DNA of 60,902 bases, the filler included. It is 4 parts of 4 records of this genome, joined end to end, with 100 filler letters (N's around TTAATTAATTAA, not from the genome) between each part and the next. Parts side by side here need not be neighbours in the genome. Positions count along the whole stretch, not along the records: positions 12,783 to 40,911 come from DRR378314_2703; 3 more parts are not named here. The stretch is one strand, 5' to 3'. Below are positions 20,637 through 31,398 of the stretch, in pieces (position 1 is the stretch's first letter; each line of letters starts with the position of its first letter). The translations under genes and the position numbers were made by a program. The notes beneath the pieces were generated by a model. The model saw only the letters and a list, made by a program, of their open reading frames with translations. It was not told the origin of the DNA and made no database searches.

Positions 20637-20872
20637 TGCGATATCGAGTAACGATGGTTTTCTGAACATGCCAATCAATATTTGCTTTGGCCTTTGCGTA
20701 AGTTATGCCCCTTACTAAATGTTCACCACAGCGGCAATTATGCGTGACTTAAAGAGCCACACTCTCATCGAATGGCGTCACTCAGCTATAAAAAGGAGCA
20801 CTTTATAGCAAGTATTTGCTAGGCAGTGTCTGTATCCTTATTCAACGATGAAAGAGTACGAATGGTAGAGTA

Positions 20873-21796
20873 TCAGTAATGCCACACTTTTTCTGTCTTA
20901 GTAGACCTCCGCATAGCTTGGATATCTCGATTCGGAGGCTCTCCAAAGAGTCGTCTGTACTCACGACTGAACTGAGATACGCTTTCATATCCAACTCGAA
21001 CTGCCGCACTGCTTGCGTCCAAGTTGTCGTTAAGCATTAATTGACGAGCATCCTGCAAACGTAAGTTCTTTACGTATTGCAACGGGCTCATGCCAGCAAC
21101 GGTCCGGAAATGTCTCCGGAAAGTTGATGGACTCATGTGGGCCTTTGCCGAAAGATCATCAATCCGCACATCTTCCTTGTAGTGCCGCTTCAACCAAGCG
21201 ATTATCCTGGCAATTTGCTGGTTCGGTGAGCCAGCAGCAACTAGACGGCGCAAATGAGGCCCATGCCCGCTATGTAATAGACGAACGACTACTTCTTGCT
21301 GGATTATGGGCGCAAGATGAGGAATTAAATGTGGTTCAGACAGAAGCTGGATCAAGCGGGTTAACGCAAGTTTTGTACCTTTATCCAAGATCTCAACGGA
21401 CATCGCTCGCGTCGTTGATACCTGAAGAGAAGTCGAAAATTCCATTTCGGCCGCCAACTGAGCGATGACACGAGCGTCTAGTTTTAGCCACATTCCGAGA
21501 TAAGGCTTTTCGGCAGTGGCTCTAGTGATATACGACATCACGGGCAAGTCGACGGTCGTTATCAGGGATTGACCCGCCACATAGTCGTATATTTCATCGC
21601 CCAGAGTAACCTGCTTGCCGCCCTGCACAATCAAACCGAGTCCCAGACCATAAATACAAGGCATCGGACGGGTAGAAGAACCCGCTCGACTGAGCATTAA
21701 AGCCGGAATGGGAGTTTGGCAATCGCCGTCAGTTCGTGCAATGTTGTCGACAAGACTGGCAATGTCGTCGAAGCTTGAACATGCCTGAGTTTCCAT
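20873..21796 (-). CDS. AraC family regulator (YqhC-like)
   Basis: IVQGGK, AHMSPSTFRRHFR..GMSPLQY, VGYESVSQFSREY. Confidence 0.92.
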   Translation of the reverse strand: METQACSSFDDIASLVDNIARTDGDCQTPIPALMLSRAGSSTRPMPCIYGLGLGLIVQGGKQVTLGDEIYDYVAGQSLITTVDLPVMSYITRATAEKPYLGMWLKLDARVIAQLAAEMEFSTSLQVSTTRAMSVEILDKGTKLALTRLIQLLSEPHLIPHLAPIIQQEVVVRLLHSGHGPHLRRLVAAGSPNQQIARIIAWLKRHYKEDVRIDDLSAKAHMSPSTFRRHFRTVAGMSPLQYVKNLRLQDARQLMLNDNLDASSAAVRVGYESVSQFSREYRRLFGEPPNRDIQAMRRSTKTEKVWHY

Positions 21797-22051
21797 AAAG
21801 TATCTCCGGACAAATAGTAGTTTTAACTCTAGCCTGCGAAGCTCGAGATTAGCATTATTTAAGACCGAGAGATTCTTGTTTTGACTAAAATTAATCGAAT
21901 CAGGCAAAGATCTCGGTATTTTCAGCAATGCCCGCCAAGCCATTCAATGGCAGACTAGGTGTCATCGATCCACACTCGGCGCTCTCGCAAGAACGATATT
22001 GTAAGGCTCCGCCGGGGCAACTTAATTTTTACCATGCAAGGAGTACGAGAA

Positions 22052-22633
22052 ATGTCAAATGTTTTCCTTATCAACGGTCATCAACCGCACCCGGTTTCAC
22101 CAGGTACGCTCAACGCGTCTTTCGAAGAGCGTGCGGAAGCCTTCTTTCGGAACCGAGGCGACGAGGTGCGCAAAACGGCAATAGCCGGAGACTACGACAT
22201 CAACACAGAGGTCAAGAAACTTCAGTGGGCAGACATCGTTTTCCTCCAGTCGCCAATTAACTGGATGGGCGTTAGCTGGGGTATGAAGAAATATATCGAC
22301 GACGTATGGACCGCAGGCATGGCAGGCCAACTATCAGACGGTGACGGTCGAACATCTGATACGCCCAAGTCAAACTACGGCCTCGGGCCGAAGACTTCTG
22401 GTAAGTATATGATGTCGCTGACGGCCAATGCTCCGAGCGAAGCGTTCAACAATCCTAAGGAAAAGTTCTTCGACGGTTTGAGTGAGGACGAACTCATGCG
22501 GCCCATGCACCTAAATTTCAAATGGATCGGGCTTGAACCATTGCCAACCTACATTATCTACGACGTACTGAAAAATCCAGATATCGAGGCTGACTTTAGG
22601 CGCTTTGACCAGCATCTGTCTAACAACTTCTAA
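22052..22633 (+). CDS. NAD(P)H:quinone oxidoreductase, MdaB/flavodoxin-2 family
   Basis: QSPINWMG, KKYIDDV, DGR...NYG, KYMMSLTANAP; AAGGAG RBS. Confidence 0.88.
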   Translation: MSNVFLINGHQPHPVSPGTLNASFEERAEAFFRNRGDEVRKTAIAGDYDINTEVKKLQWADIVFLQSPINWMGVSWGMKKYIDDVWTAGMAGQLSDGDGRTSDTPKSNYGLGPKTSGKYMMSLTANAPSEAFNNPKEKFFDGLSEDELMRPMHLNFKWIGLEPLPTYIIYDVLKNPDIEADFRRFDQHLSNNF

Positions 22634-22751
22634 GCTTGAGCAATACCTACGTGTTGCTACTAGCACGATTTTGATCCACTAATTAATACTCAACTCATGG
22701 CCGCATCTCGCATTCCAGAGAGTTGTAAGCCAGATAATTGGAGACGAAATT

Positions 22752-23099
22752 ATGACCGCTTACGCTGTTTTTATTCGCGAAAAAACGCTAGACCAGTCAG
22801 AATTGGATATCTACACGTCAAAATTAAGAGAGAGCTGGCCCGAATTCGAGGCATTCTCACCCGAACTTCTCGCAGCCAATGGAGAACAAGAAGTAATTGA
22901 GGGGAATGACGTCGACGGTGTAGTGCTCTTAAAATTTCCAAGCGTTGAACTTGCCCGGCAGTGGTATCGCAGTCCGGCCTATCAAGCTTTAGCGGAACAT
23001 CGCCTGAAGAGTGGCCGGTTTCAAAGTATCATCTTTGCAGGAATAGATTCAGGCTCCAACGGGAAAGACAGTGAAAAAGACAAAAAGGGCAATAGGTAG
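22752..23099 (+). CDS. DUF1330 protein
   Basis: EVIEG...VVLLKFPSVELARQWYRSPAYQ. Confidence 0.85.
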   Translation: MTAYAVFIREKTLDQSELDIYTSKLRESWPEFEAFSPELLAANGEQEVIEGNDVDGVVLLKFPSVELARQWYRSPAYQALAEHRLKSGRFQSIIFAGIDSGSNGKDSEKDKKGNR

Positions 23100-23110
23100 G
23101 GAGAATAAAA

Positions 23111-23515
23111 ATGAGTAAGATAATTAATGAAGAACTTGACACTATTAAAGCGGCAGTAGTTTCTTACTTAACCGCTTTTAATTCCGCCGACATTACAAGC
23201 GTAGTAAAAATATACACTGAAGACGGCGTACTCATGGGTCCAGGCCTGCCAGCTGCTGTGGGAAAGGTTGAGCTCAATGAAGTTTATCACCGCTTGTTTA
23301 AAGCAGCCAGCTTTGACATGACATACGCAATAAAGGAAGTCGAACAAGTTAGCCCCGAGTGGGCATTTGTCCGCAGCACTACGGAAGGAACCGAAACAGA
23401 TAAGAAAACTGGCGCGAGTGCCGATGCGGCGTATCAGGAACTTTTTTTGCTACGTAAGTCCACTACCGGATCTTGGGAGATTGCGAGATATTGCACGACC
23501 AAGGTTAGTTCATAG
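23111..23515 (+). CDS. SnoaL/NTF2-like (DUF4440) protein
   Basis: YLTAFNSAD...YTEDGVLM...WAFVRS...ELFLLRK..GSWEIARY. Confidence 0.8.
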   Translation: MSKIINEELDTIKAAVVSYLTAFNSADITSVVKIYTEDGVLMGPGLPAAVGKVELNEVYHRLFKAASFDMTYAIKEVEQVSPEWAFVRSTTEGTETDKKTGASADAAYQELFLLRKSTTGSWEIARYCTTKVSS

Positions 23516-23696
23516 CTTTTTCTCAACAGAGCTGTAAGCGAATGTTTTACTGCCCCTGGGCTCTTACTCATCAAAAATGGTCGGCTACATAGACGTTGAC
23601 GATAAAGGTGAGCTCAAATTTTTGTAACACGATAAGTTACACAGCGTATTTAATAAAGATTAAAACCTTTACCTAACGGTTACTTGGGACCTTTTC

Positions 23697-23761
23697 TCGA
23701 TTCCGCCTCCGGCACCACGCATTCTAAGGCCTCGCTGGAAACAGCGGGGCTTTTTTGTTTC
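23697..23761 (+). repeat. attR: duplicated tRNA-Phe 3' end plus terminator
   Basis: Near-identical to 12791-12856, with one G deleted in the acceptor strand and a few substitutions. Confidence 0.88.
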
Positions 23762-23853
23762 TGATTTTGTGTCAAAATTGTGCCATCAACGTGAAATTCT
23801 TCCAGTGCCCTTATCACTCGTTCTTTGATAATAAGATCTACCAGCGGCTTGTC

Positions 23854-25059
23854 TCATATCGTTTTTTCTCCAGCGTTTAACGCCCGCAATCGCGCTTTAC
23901 GAGTATGTTTTCGTAAACATGCAACAAAACGGCTGGGCTGTACTGGTTTCACAAGGTACTCGTCCCCTCCCATACCCAAAGCCAATAATTGTGTTGACGG
24001 GTCCGGGGCTGACGAAAGAAACAAAACGGATAGATGTCTATATTCAGGCATTTCTTTCAGCACAGCGGCGAGTTCAGGCCCAGATGCTTCCGGCATATAA
24101 ACATCAAGTACCACTGCATCCGGCTGAAAACGCTTTAAATCATCTATTAAACGTAAAGGCTTGTCTGAGGTAGACACGTGAAACCCAGCTAATTCTAAGT
24201 AAAACTGGTTAAGTTTTAATTGTGCTTCATCGTCATCCACAAGGTGAACTTTATAAGGCGATGGAGGAACTTCACTGCTTAACTCTTCAACAAGACCACT
24301 AACATAGTCGCGTTCGAGTGGCTTCACTAGGTATCGTGTTGCGCCTGCGCGAAACGCCAGAAGTCGAGCCTCGAGACTGTCCTGGATAGACATAAATATC
24401 AGCGGAGGAAGATGTCCATACTTAACTTGTAAACTTGCAATTTTTTCCGCTCCGGCAAATTCCCCTTCTCTGAATCTCATATCCATAAAAATAATGTCAG
24501 GTTTGCTTTCGATATCAAAATGCTCAATAAAAGCGTCTAGGCTTGAAAAACTGCAGGTTTGATAGCCTTCATGCCTCAACCAATTACAAAGAATTTCAGA
24601 TTGCTCAGAATCATCATCAACAACCCAAACCCCTTTCCCTGGCCGAAGTTCTTTTCTGGCAGACTTAATAGTAAAGCTACCCAGACTGATTCGATCCACA
24701 CTCTCTTTCAATGATTGTAACGTCACATAAAAACGCTCCCATTCATAGCCAGAAGCCAGCTCTTCATCGCGCTTGAATTTAATGATTTGCTCATTAAGCA
24801 AACGAGCTTGCTGCGTTTCCCACTCAAGTCCGAGGCTTCCTAAACTTCCTATCATGCTGTGAACAGCGAACTCCAATTCATCAAGCGCCTGAGATACCTT
24901 ACTTTTATAGTCACCGGTAAGCTTGTCGTCCTTCGCTTCTTCCAGCCGTTTAGCAAGAGTCAGTACATTGGCTAGACGTTCAGGAATTTTTTTTATGATT
25001 TTTTGTTTTAAACCCAGTAATTCTCGCTTGGCTTCCGCGTTAGTATCTTCAGGACTCAC
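23854..25059 (-). CDS. Hpt-REC-REC response regulator without output domain
   Basis: VHSMIGSLGSLG (Hpt-like), two receiver domains (VVDDD..IFMD..VKP; LVDDD..VLD..VKP). Confidence 0.85.
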   Translation of the reverse strand: MSPEDTNAEAKRELLGLKQKIIKKIPERLANVLTLAKRLEEAKDDKLTGDYKSKVSQALDELEFAVHSMIGSLGSLGLEWETQQARLLNEQIIKFKRDEELASGYEWERFYVTLQSLKESVDRISLGSFTIKSARKELRPGKGVWVVDDDSEQSEILCNWLRHEGYQTCSFSSLDAFIEHFDIESKPDIIFMDMRFREGEFAGAEKIASLQVKYGHLPPLIFMSIQDSLEARLLAFRAGATRYLVKPLERDYVSGLVEELSSEVPPSPYKVHLVDDDEAQLKLNQFYLELAGFHVSTSDKPLRLIDDLKRFQPDAVVLDVYMPEASGPELAAVLKEMPEYRHLSVLFLSSAPDPSTQLLALGMGGDEYLVKPVQPSRFVACLRKHTRKARLRALNAGEKTI

Positions 25060-25269
25060 TTTAGCCTCCCTAAACTTTAAGTGGCAAATCTCTTATTTTA
25101 TTGTTTTACACTATTTAACGTTTTTGTAACTAATAAAATATAGCAAATTATTTACGCCTTGCATCAACGCCCGTTTTTTATAAAACCAACCTGTCCTCCC
25201 GAAGTTAATTGCAGGTTTACCTTAAAGTTTCTAGTATGGAATTATAAAAACAAAAAGCGAGACGAGTAT

Positions 25270-28137
25270 ATGAAGGCAGCCGATATTCCAGATAACGAAT
25301 ATGAACGTTTAAAAGCGCTGCGCGAAACAGGCTTACTAGACTCTCTCCCGGAGGAGCGTTTTGACAGGCTTACCCGTATTGTAAAAAATGCACTGAAGGT
25401 TCCAATTGCACTAGTTTCTCTGGTTGATGAAGACCGCCAATGGTTTAAATCAAAGCAGGGACTGTCAGCGTCAGAAACACCTCGTGACTTAGCTTTTTGT
25501 GCATACTGCATTCTAAAAGATCAAATATTTGAAGTGAGCAATACGTTGGAGGATGAACGGTTTGCAGATAATCCTCTCGTTGTGAACGACCCAAATATCC
25601 GCTTTTACGCCGGGTGGCCCATTCAAAGTACAAACGGCTACCTAATTGGAACCTTATGCGTTATTGATACGCACCCCAGGGAACTTACAGACGAAGAAAA
25701 AGGCCTGTTGAAAGACATTGCAGACTCCGTACAAAGAGAAATATGGCTGACTGAAAAACTTCAAATAACCGTCAAAAACGAACAGCGACTCCAATCGATC
25801 CTGGCAGGAACAAATGTTGGAACCTGGGAGTGGAATATTCAGACGGGACAAACCGTTTTCAACGAGCGCTGGGCCAATATTGCTGGGTACACTTTAGATG
25901 AACTGGAACCTGTTTCGATTGAAACATGGAAAAATCTTGCTCACCCAGACGATTTAGAAAAATCCAGCGAGCTGCTGCAAAAACATTTTAATGGAGAGAC
26001 CGAGTTTTATGATGTTAGAGCCCGCATGCGCCATAAAAACGGACATTGGGTCTGGGTTCGTGCCAGGGGCCGGTTAACTTCAAGAACTCCAAGCGGCGAA
26101 CCACTTTTCATATACGGTACACACGAAGATATCACCGCTCAGATCGAAGCACAGCAAGCATTAAAAGACAGTGAACTGCAGTTCCGCTCATTAGTTAACA
26201 ACCTTCCGGGCGTAACCTATCGTTGCCGTTACGACAAGCATTGGACGATGCTTTATATGAGTGACAAAGTCGATCCCTTGTCCGGCTACCCTGCCAGTGA
26301 CTTCATTCAAAATAAAGTTCGTAGTTACGACAGTGTCATCCACCCTGATGATAAGCAGGAACTTGAACAGTCCGTTTCCGCTGCCGTGAAAAACAGTCAA
26401 GAATGGTTTCTCGAGTACCGGGTTTTACATCGTGACGGCAATATCCGGTGGGCGCAAGAAAAAGGGCGAGGTATTAAAAATGAGTCAGGAGAAATTGAAT
26501 ATTTTGATGGCTTTATCCTGGACATCACTCAGGAAAAGCGCAACCAACAGCAGTTGAAAAAACAACTTAGTGCATTTAAAGCTCTGAATCGTATTGCATC
26601 CCTGGCACCTGATGATCCTTTAAAGCGCATTACTCACGCGCTTAATCTGGCATGCTCGTATTTAAAACTGGAAATAGGAATTGTTAGCCAAATATATAAT
26701 GAGCAATATGAAATTGTCGCTTGTTTTGGGCCCGAAGCGACCGGGCTGGAGCCTGGCCAGAAATATTCACTTAATGAAACCTATTGCGAAATAGTCTTAT
26801 CCCAAAGCAAGACCGTTGCAATTCATAATATGGCAATGTCAGAGTACAATCAGCACCCATGTTATGAAGCATTCGCTTTAGAGTCGTACATAGGCTTACC
26901 ACTTGAGGTGAATTCTGAACCTTTCGGTACCCTCAACTTTTCTTCTGCCAAAGCCAGAGAGGAACCATTCAAAGAAACAGAAAAACAATTCTTACGGCTG
27001 CTCGCACGCTGGGTTTCTTCGACATTAGAGTTTAGACAGAAAAATGAGATCATTGAAAATAGTGAAAGCCGATTGCGAGGGCTCTTTGAACTTTCTCCTA
27101 TTGGTATTGCTTTAAATGATTACGAAACAGGCAAGTTTATTGACCTGAATGACGCCCTGTTAGCGCCAACAGGCTACACGCGCGAAGAATTTGTTGAGTT
27201 AAGCTACTGGGATGTCACACCTAGAGAGTATGAGGAAGAGGAAGCTAAGCAACTGGGGGACCTGGCAAACACAGGCCGTTACGGCCCCTACGAGAAAGAG
27301 TATATTCGTAAAGACGGTAGCCGATACCCCGTATTGCTAAACGGCATGATTGTTCATGACGATAATGGCAAAAAACTAATTTGGTCAATTATAGAAGATA
27401 TTTCCGAGAGAAAACGAAACGACGAAATCAAAAACGAATTTGTATCAACAGTCAGCCACGAGCTGCGTACACCAATTACGGCTATTACAGGCGCCCTCGA
27501 TTTGCTATTAGCTGGAGCCGTCGGTGACATTCCCGAATCTGCTCATGAAATGATGGAAGTTGCGAAAAAAAACAGCGTCCGTATGAATTTACTCATTAAC
27601 GATATACTGGATCTTGAAAAACTGCTTGCAGGAAAAATGGACATAAATTTTGAAACATTATCTGTCACCTCGCTTTTCTCTGAAATTGTGCAACGTAACA
27701 AACCTTATGCGCAACGTTTCAATGTAACCCTAGAACTCGACATAATAGATCCTTCTCTTTTTCTTTATGCAGACAGCCAACGTTTTGAACAAGTTATGAC
27801 CAATTTAATTTCAAACGCTGTTAAATTTTCACCTAAAAGCGAGCCCGTACTTATAACAGCAGCAGAAAGCGGCCGGAACATCCGCATTGCAGTTAAGGAT
27901 AAAGGTGCTGGAATCCCTGAAGATTTCCAACCACGAATATTCGAAAAGTTCGCTCAGGCCAATGCAAGCAACACCCGCGCCACAGGAGGAACCGGGCTTG
28001 GACTCTCGATATGTAAAGAAATTCTCGAGCGTTTAGGCGGCAGCATTGATTTTATAACAGGTCAGGATGGCACTGAGTTTTTCGTACTGCTACCTAAAGC
28101 AAGTGCTTATGGTGGAGTTGATGATGAGCAAAACTAA
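25270..28137 (+). CDS. Cytoplasmic sensor histidine kinase (GAF-PAS-PAS-GAF-PAS-HisKA-HATPase)
   Basis: ERFDRLTR GAF, GTWEWN and HPDD PAS motifs, SHELRTP, NAVKF, GGTGLGL. Confidence 0.92.
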   Translation: MKAADIPDNEYERLKALRETGLLDSLPEERFDRLTRIVKNALKVPIALVSLVDEDRQWFKSKQGLSASETPRDLAFCAYCILKDQIFEVSNTLEDERFADNPLVVNDPNIRFYAGWPIQSTNGYLIGTLCVIDTHPRELTDEEKGLLKDIADSVQREIWLTEKLQITVKNEQRLQSILAGTNVGTWEWNIQTGQTVFNERWANIAGYTLDELEPVSIETWKNLAHPDDLEKSSELLQKHFNGETEFYDVRARMRHKNGHWVWVRARGRLTSRTPSGEPLFIYGTHEDITAQIEAQQALKDSELQFRSLVNNLPGVTYRCRYDKHWTMLYMSDKVDPLSGYPASDFIQNKVRSYDSVIHPDDKQELEQSVSAAVKNSQEWFLEYRVLHRDGNIRWAQEKGRGIKNESGEIEYFDGFILDITQEKRNQQQLKKQLSAFKALNRIASLAPDDPLKRITHALNLACSYLKLEIGIVSQIYNEQYEIVACFGPEATGLEPGQKYSLNETYCEIVLSQSKTVAIHNMAMSEYNQHPCYEAFALESYIGLPLEVNSEPFGTLNFSSAKAREEPFKETEKQFLRLLARWVSSTLEFRQKNEIIENSESRLRGLFELSPIGIALNDYETGKFIDLNDALLAPTGYTREEFVELSYWDVTPREYEEEEAKQLGDLANTGRYGPYEKEYIRKDGSRYPVLLNGMIVHDDNGKKLIWSIIEDISERKRNDEIKNEFVSTVSHELRTPITAITGALDLLLAGAVGDIPESAHEMMEVAKKNSVRMNLLINDILDLEKLLAGKMDINFETLSVTSLFSEIVQRNKPYAQRFNVTLELDIIDPSLFLYADSQRFEQVMTNLISNAVKFSPKSEPVLITAAESGRNIRIAVKDKGAGIPEDFQPRIFEKFAQANASNTRATGGTGLGLSICKEILERLGGSIDFITGQDGTEFFVLLPKASAYGGVDDEQN

Positions 28138-31000
28138 TCAAGCTAAGCAATTATCCAGTCAGCCCAATTGGCTGAAATTCGCCGCTATAGTTTTGTTTGC
28201 CGGTATTATAAGTGCTACTGAATACTTCATTCAGGATTATAAACGTAATCAAAAAGCTGAAGTTGATCGCAATGCATACGAGTTGGCAGTTAGGCTGAAG
28301 TCGCAGCTGGAGACGGAACTTCATGGTGTAACATTTTTAACTCACGGAATTGAAGCCTATGTTGTAGCCAGGAATGGAAAAGTCATTCCGAAAGAAATTA
28401 ACTCTATGCTAGAGCAAGTTTACGAACTCAGCTCTTTTTTTAGAAATATTGGAATTGCACCGAATAATGAACTGCTCTGGATAATGCCAGTTAAAGGAAA
28501 CGAAGCTGCCCTCGGGCTTCAATATGAGACACTAAAATCTCAGTGGCCTGAAATAAGGCGAACTATTGAATCCGGAAATGCAAAATTACATGGCCCACTG
28601 GAACTGGTCCAAGGCGATTTAGGACTTATTTATCGCTCACCGTTGTACATAAATAATAGGTACTGGGGTCTAGTAAGTGCCGTAATCGATGCTAAAAGAT
28701 TATTTCAGGCTCTTACCACAGAAGTAAATGATGCCGGTATAAACGCGGCACTTGCCATAAAGCATAATAATAATAACAATCAAACTGTGTTTTTAGGCGA
28801 CGCTTCTATTTTTAATACCGCGTCAGCAACTGTAAATGTCAATATACCTGGAGGCCATTGGCAGCTCGCTATTTCGGCTGATGCAACCACGGCTAACCTA
28901 TGGCCTTTACGCACAGCAGTGTGGTTTATTTCGCTTCTGGGTGTGCTCGTTTTTTTCTATCTCACCAGGCACTTTTATCAACGTAAGTTGCTCAATACTC
29001 TGACATCGGAAGTGAAAGTTCGAACACGAGAGTTAAGCGATGTTAATAACAAATTGAACCACGTACTCAATGCGGCAAGCGAAACCGCAATCATAGCAAC
29101 AGATAAAACGGGGCTTATTACCGTATTTAATTACGGCGCCGAACGTATGCTTGGCTACTCAGCCGACGAAGTTGTCAATAAAAAGACCCCAGCACTGTTT
29201 CACGATAAGGAGGAAGTTGAATCTAAAGGCATAGAGCTTAGCAGTACTTTAGGACGGGATATTTCGGGCTTTTCGGTTTTTACAGCCATTCCCGATGTAG
29301 AGGGCTCAGAAAAAGATAACTGGACTTACATATCAAAAGCGGGCAAACGAATTCCTGTCGAATTAACCGTGACTAAAGAATTCGATAACGAAGGAAACGC
29401 CATTGGCTATTTAGGGTTAGCCAGTGATATTAGCCAACACATACGTAATCAGAAATCATTAAAAAAGTTGAAAGAGAGGCTAGAGTCAGCCACTCGTGCT
29501 GCTAATATAGGTGTTTGGGAGCTCGATTTAAAAACCTTAAAAGTGGTCTGGAATGAGCAAATGTTTCAACTTTCCGGAGTTGATAGTGCGCTATTTAGTA
29601 AAGACTACAGTAGTATAGAGTCAATCCTGTATTATGAAGAAAGACAAGAGTTTAATGAGCTATTAGAGAAGCTTAAGTACAGAATACAGACTACACACGC
29701 CTTTATCGAAGTACCTCCTCCTATAGAAACAACGTTCCGTATAGTCAGAGCCGATGATAACAAGCTTTGCTGGATGAGAGGCCATGCAGTAATACAGTGT
29801 GATGAGTCTGGCCTTCCTCAATCTATACTAGGGGCTATGCATGATATTTCTTCACTCGTCTTTGCAAAAGAAGCGGCAGAGCAGGCAGGACGGTTGAAGT
29901 CCCAATTCCTGTCAACAGTAAGCCATGAACTGCGAACCCCTCTATCCGTTGTATCCGGCGCACTTTCCCTCATTGCATTAGAAACAAATAATTTATCGAG
30001 CGAAACTCAGAACGTGCTGGAATTAGCGAACCGTAACAGTAAACGTTTAACCCTATTAATAAATGACTTGCTTGATATTGAAAAACTGGCTTCAGGTAAT
30101 CTTTCTTTTAAAACCGAAAACCTTCCGCTGGAACTTATTGTCCAAAAAGCCATTGCGGAAAACTACGGCTATGCCGAACAACACAATACAACGATCATTC
30201 TAATTAACAAACTGGCTTCGGATGTTTACGTTAACGTCGATGAGCTTCGTTTTATGCAAGTAATGACCAACCTGCTATCTAACGCAGCTAAGTACTCTCC
30301 TGACAATGAGGTTATTCAAGTCAAACTATCGATGATTGATAACACGGCTTTCATCGAAGTTATTGATCGCGGACCAGGCATTCCCGAGGCGTTTAAGACT
30401 AAAATTTTCCAGCCATTTTCACAGGCCCAATCTTCTGACTCTCGTAACAAAGGCGGCACAGGTCTTGGGCTTGCAATAACAAAATCGATTATAGAAAAAA
30501 TGGAAGGTACTATTGGGTTTGAATCTCAGCCAGATATGGAAACATGCTTTTGGTTTTCTCTACCAATAGTCACGGAGAACAAAGCCCGAGAGAACAAATC
30601 GATACCAGAACAACAGATTCAATTAGAAAGCTATGACACCGGCCGTAAAGCCAAAATACTTCATGTCGAAGACTATGATGACTTTTCCAGCGTAATTACT
30701 GCCATACTTAAAAATAGATATGAAATTGACACAGCTGGCAGTGTATATGAAGCTAAACAGAAACTGTCATCACATAGTTACGATATTCTTATATTGGACA
30801 TAGCGTTGCCGGACGGTTCCGGCTGGGAAGTTGTCGAAATGGCAAGTAATGTTAATACCGCAATAAAGACCGTTATCATATCTAACTATGAAGTTACTTC
30901 TCAAAACGCCCAAAAAGCCGACTCGGTAATGAGCAAAGCAACGTTTAGCCACGTGAGTTTCGTTGAGTTAATAGACGAACTCGCTAAAGAATTAAAATAA
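28121..31000 (+). CDS. Membrane hybrid histidine kinase (CHASE-PAS-PAS-HisKA-HATPase-REC)
   Basis: Two TMs around GNEAALG..GPLELVQG..YWGLVS (CHASE-like), SHELRTP, C-terminal REC LILDIALPDG. Confidence 0.9.
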   Translation: MMSKTNQAKQLSSQPNWLKFAAIVLFAGIISATEYFIQDYKRNQKAEVDRNAYELAVRLKSQLETELHGVTFLTHGIEAYVVARNGKVIPKEINSMLEQVYELSSFFRNIGIAPNNELLWIMPVKGNEAALGLQYETLKSQWPEIRRTIESGNAKLHGPLELVQGDLGLIYRSPLYINNRYWGLVSAVIDAKRLFQALTTEVNDAGINAALAIKHNNNNNQTVFLGDASIFNTASATVNVNIPGGHWQLAISADATTANLWPLRTAVWFISLLGVLVFFYLTRHFYQRKLLNTLTSEVKVRTRELSDVNNKLNHVLNAASETAIIATDKTGLITVFNYGAERMLGYSADEVVNKKTPALFHDKEEVESKGIELSSTLGRDISGFSVFTAIPDVEGSEKDNWTYISKAGKRIPVELTVTKEFDNEGNAIGYLGLASDISQHIRNQKSLKKLKERLESATRAANIGVWELDLKTLKVVWNEQMFQLSGVDSALFSKDYSSIESILYYEERQEFNELLEKLKYRIQTTHAFIEVPPPIETTFRIVRADDNKLCWMRGHAVIQCDESGLPQSILGAMHDISSLVFAKEAAEQAGRLKSQFLSTVSHELRTPLSVVSGALSLIALETNNLSSETQNVLELANRNSKRLTLLINDLLDIEKLASGNLSFKTENLPLELIVQKAIAENYGYAEQHNTTIILINKLASDVYVNVDELRFMQVMTNLLSNAAKYSPDNEVIQVKLSMIDNTAFIEVIDRGPGIPEAFKTKIFQPFSQAQSSDSRNKGGTGLGLAITKSIIEKMEGTIGFESQPDMETCFWFSLPIVTENKARENKSIPEQQIQLESYDTGRKAKILHVEDYDDFSSVITAILKNRYEIDTAGSVYEAKQKLSSHSYDILILDIALPDGSGWEVVEMASNVNTAIKTVIISNYEVTSQNAQKADSVMSKATFSHVSFVELIDELAKELK

Positions 31001-31011
31001 TAGGAGCCTCA

Positions 31012-31398
31012 ATGTCTGAATTAAAACGTATTTTATTAGTAGATGACGAGCCCGATATTCAGGCAATTGCGAAACTATCATTAGAAAAAGTAGGAGGGTT
31101 CACTTCGCTTATATGCTCTTCGGGTCAAGAAGCTATTGATAGAATAGCAAATTTTTCGCCTGATCTTGTCTTATTGGACGTTATGATGCCCGAATTAGAT
31201 GGACCGGGTACATTGAAGCTGTTGCAGCAGAAAGAACTCATAAATGGTACGCCTGTCGTTTTCTTTACAGCAAAAGCGTTGAGCTCTGAAGTCCAGCAGC
31301 TCAAAGAATTAGGCGCAGCTGAGGTCATATCTAAACCCTTTGATCCAATGACGTTACCAACCCAGCTCAAAGATATCTGGAGCCGCATCAATGGCTAA
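31012..31398 (+). CDS. Single-domain response regulator
   Basis: LVDDEPD, LLDVMMP, FTAKA, SKPFDP. Confidence 0.92.
   Translation: MSELKRILLVDDEPDIQAIAKLSLEKVGGFTSLICSSGQEAIDRIANFSPDLVLLDVMMPELDGPGTLKLLQQKELINGTPVVFFTAKALSSEVQQLKELGAAEVISKPFDPMTLPTQLKDIWSRING

Larger units (their letters stand above)
12791..23717. mobile_element. Defective genomic island integrated at tRNA-Phe
   Basis: Direct repeat TCGATTCCGCCTCC(G)GGCACCA at 12791-12812 and 23697-23717; integrase remnant at the tRNA-proximal end; efflux/detox cargo. Confidence 0.85.

Noticed and set aside
28764..28780. AAT triplet run in the CHASE kinase
   Set aside because: A short in-frame poly-Asn tract, not a phase-variation tract
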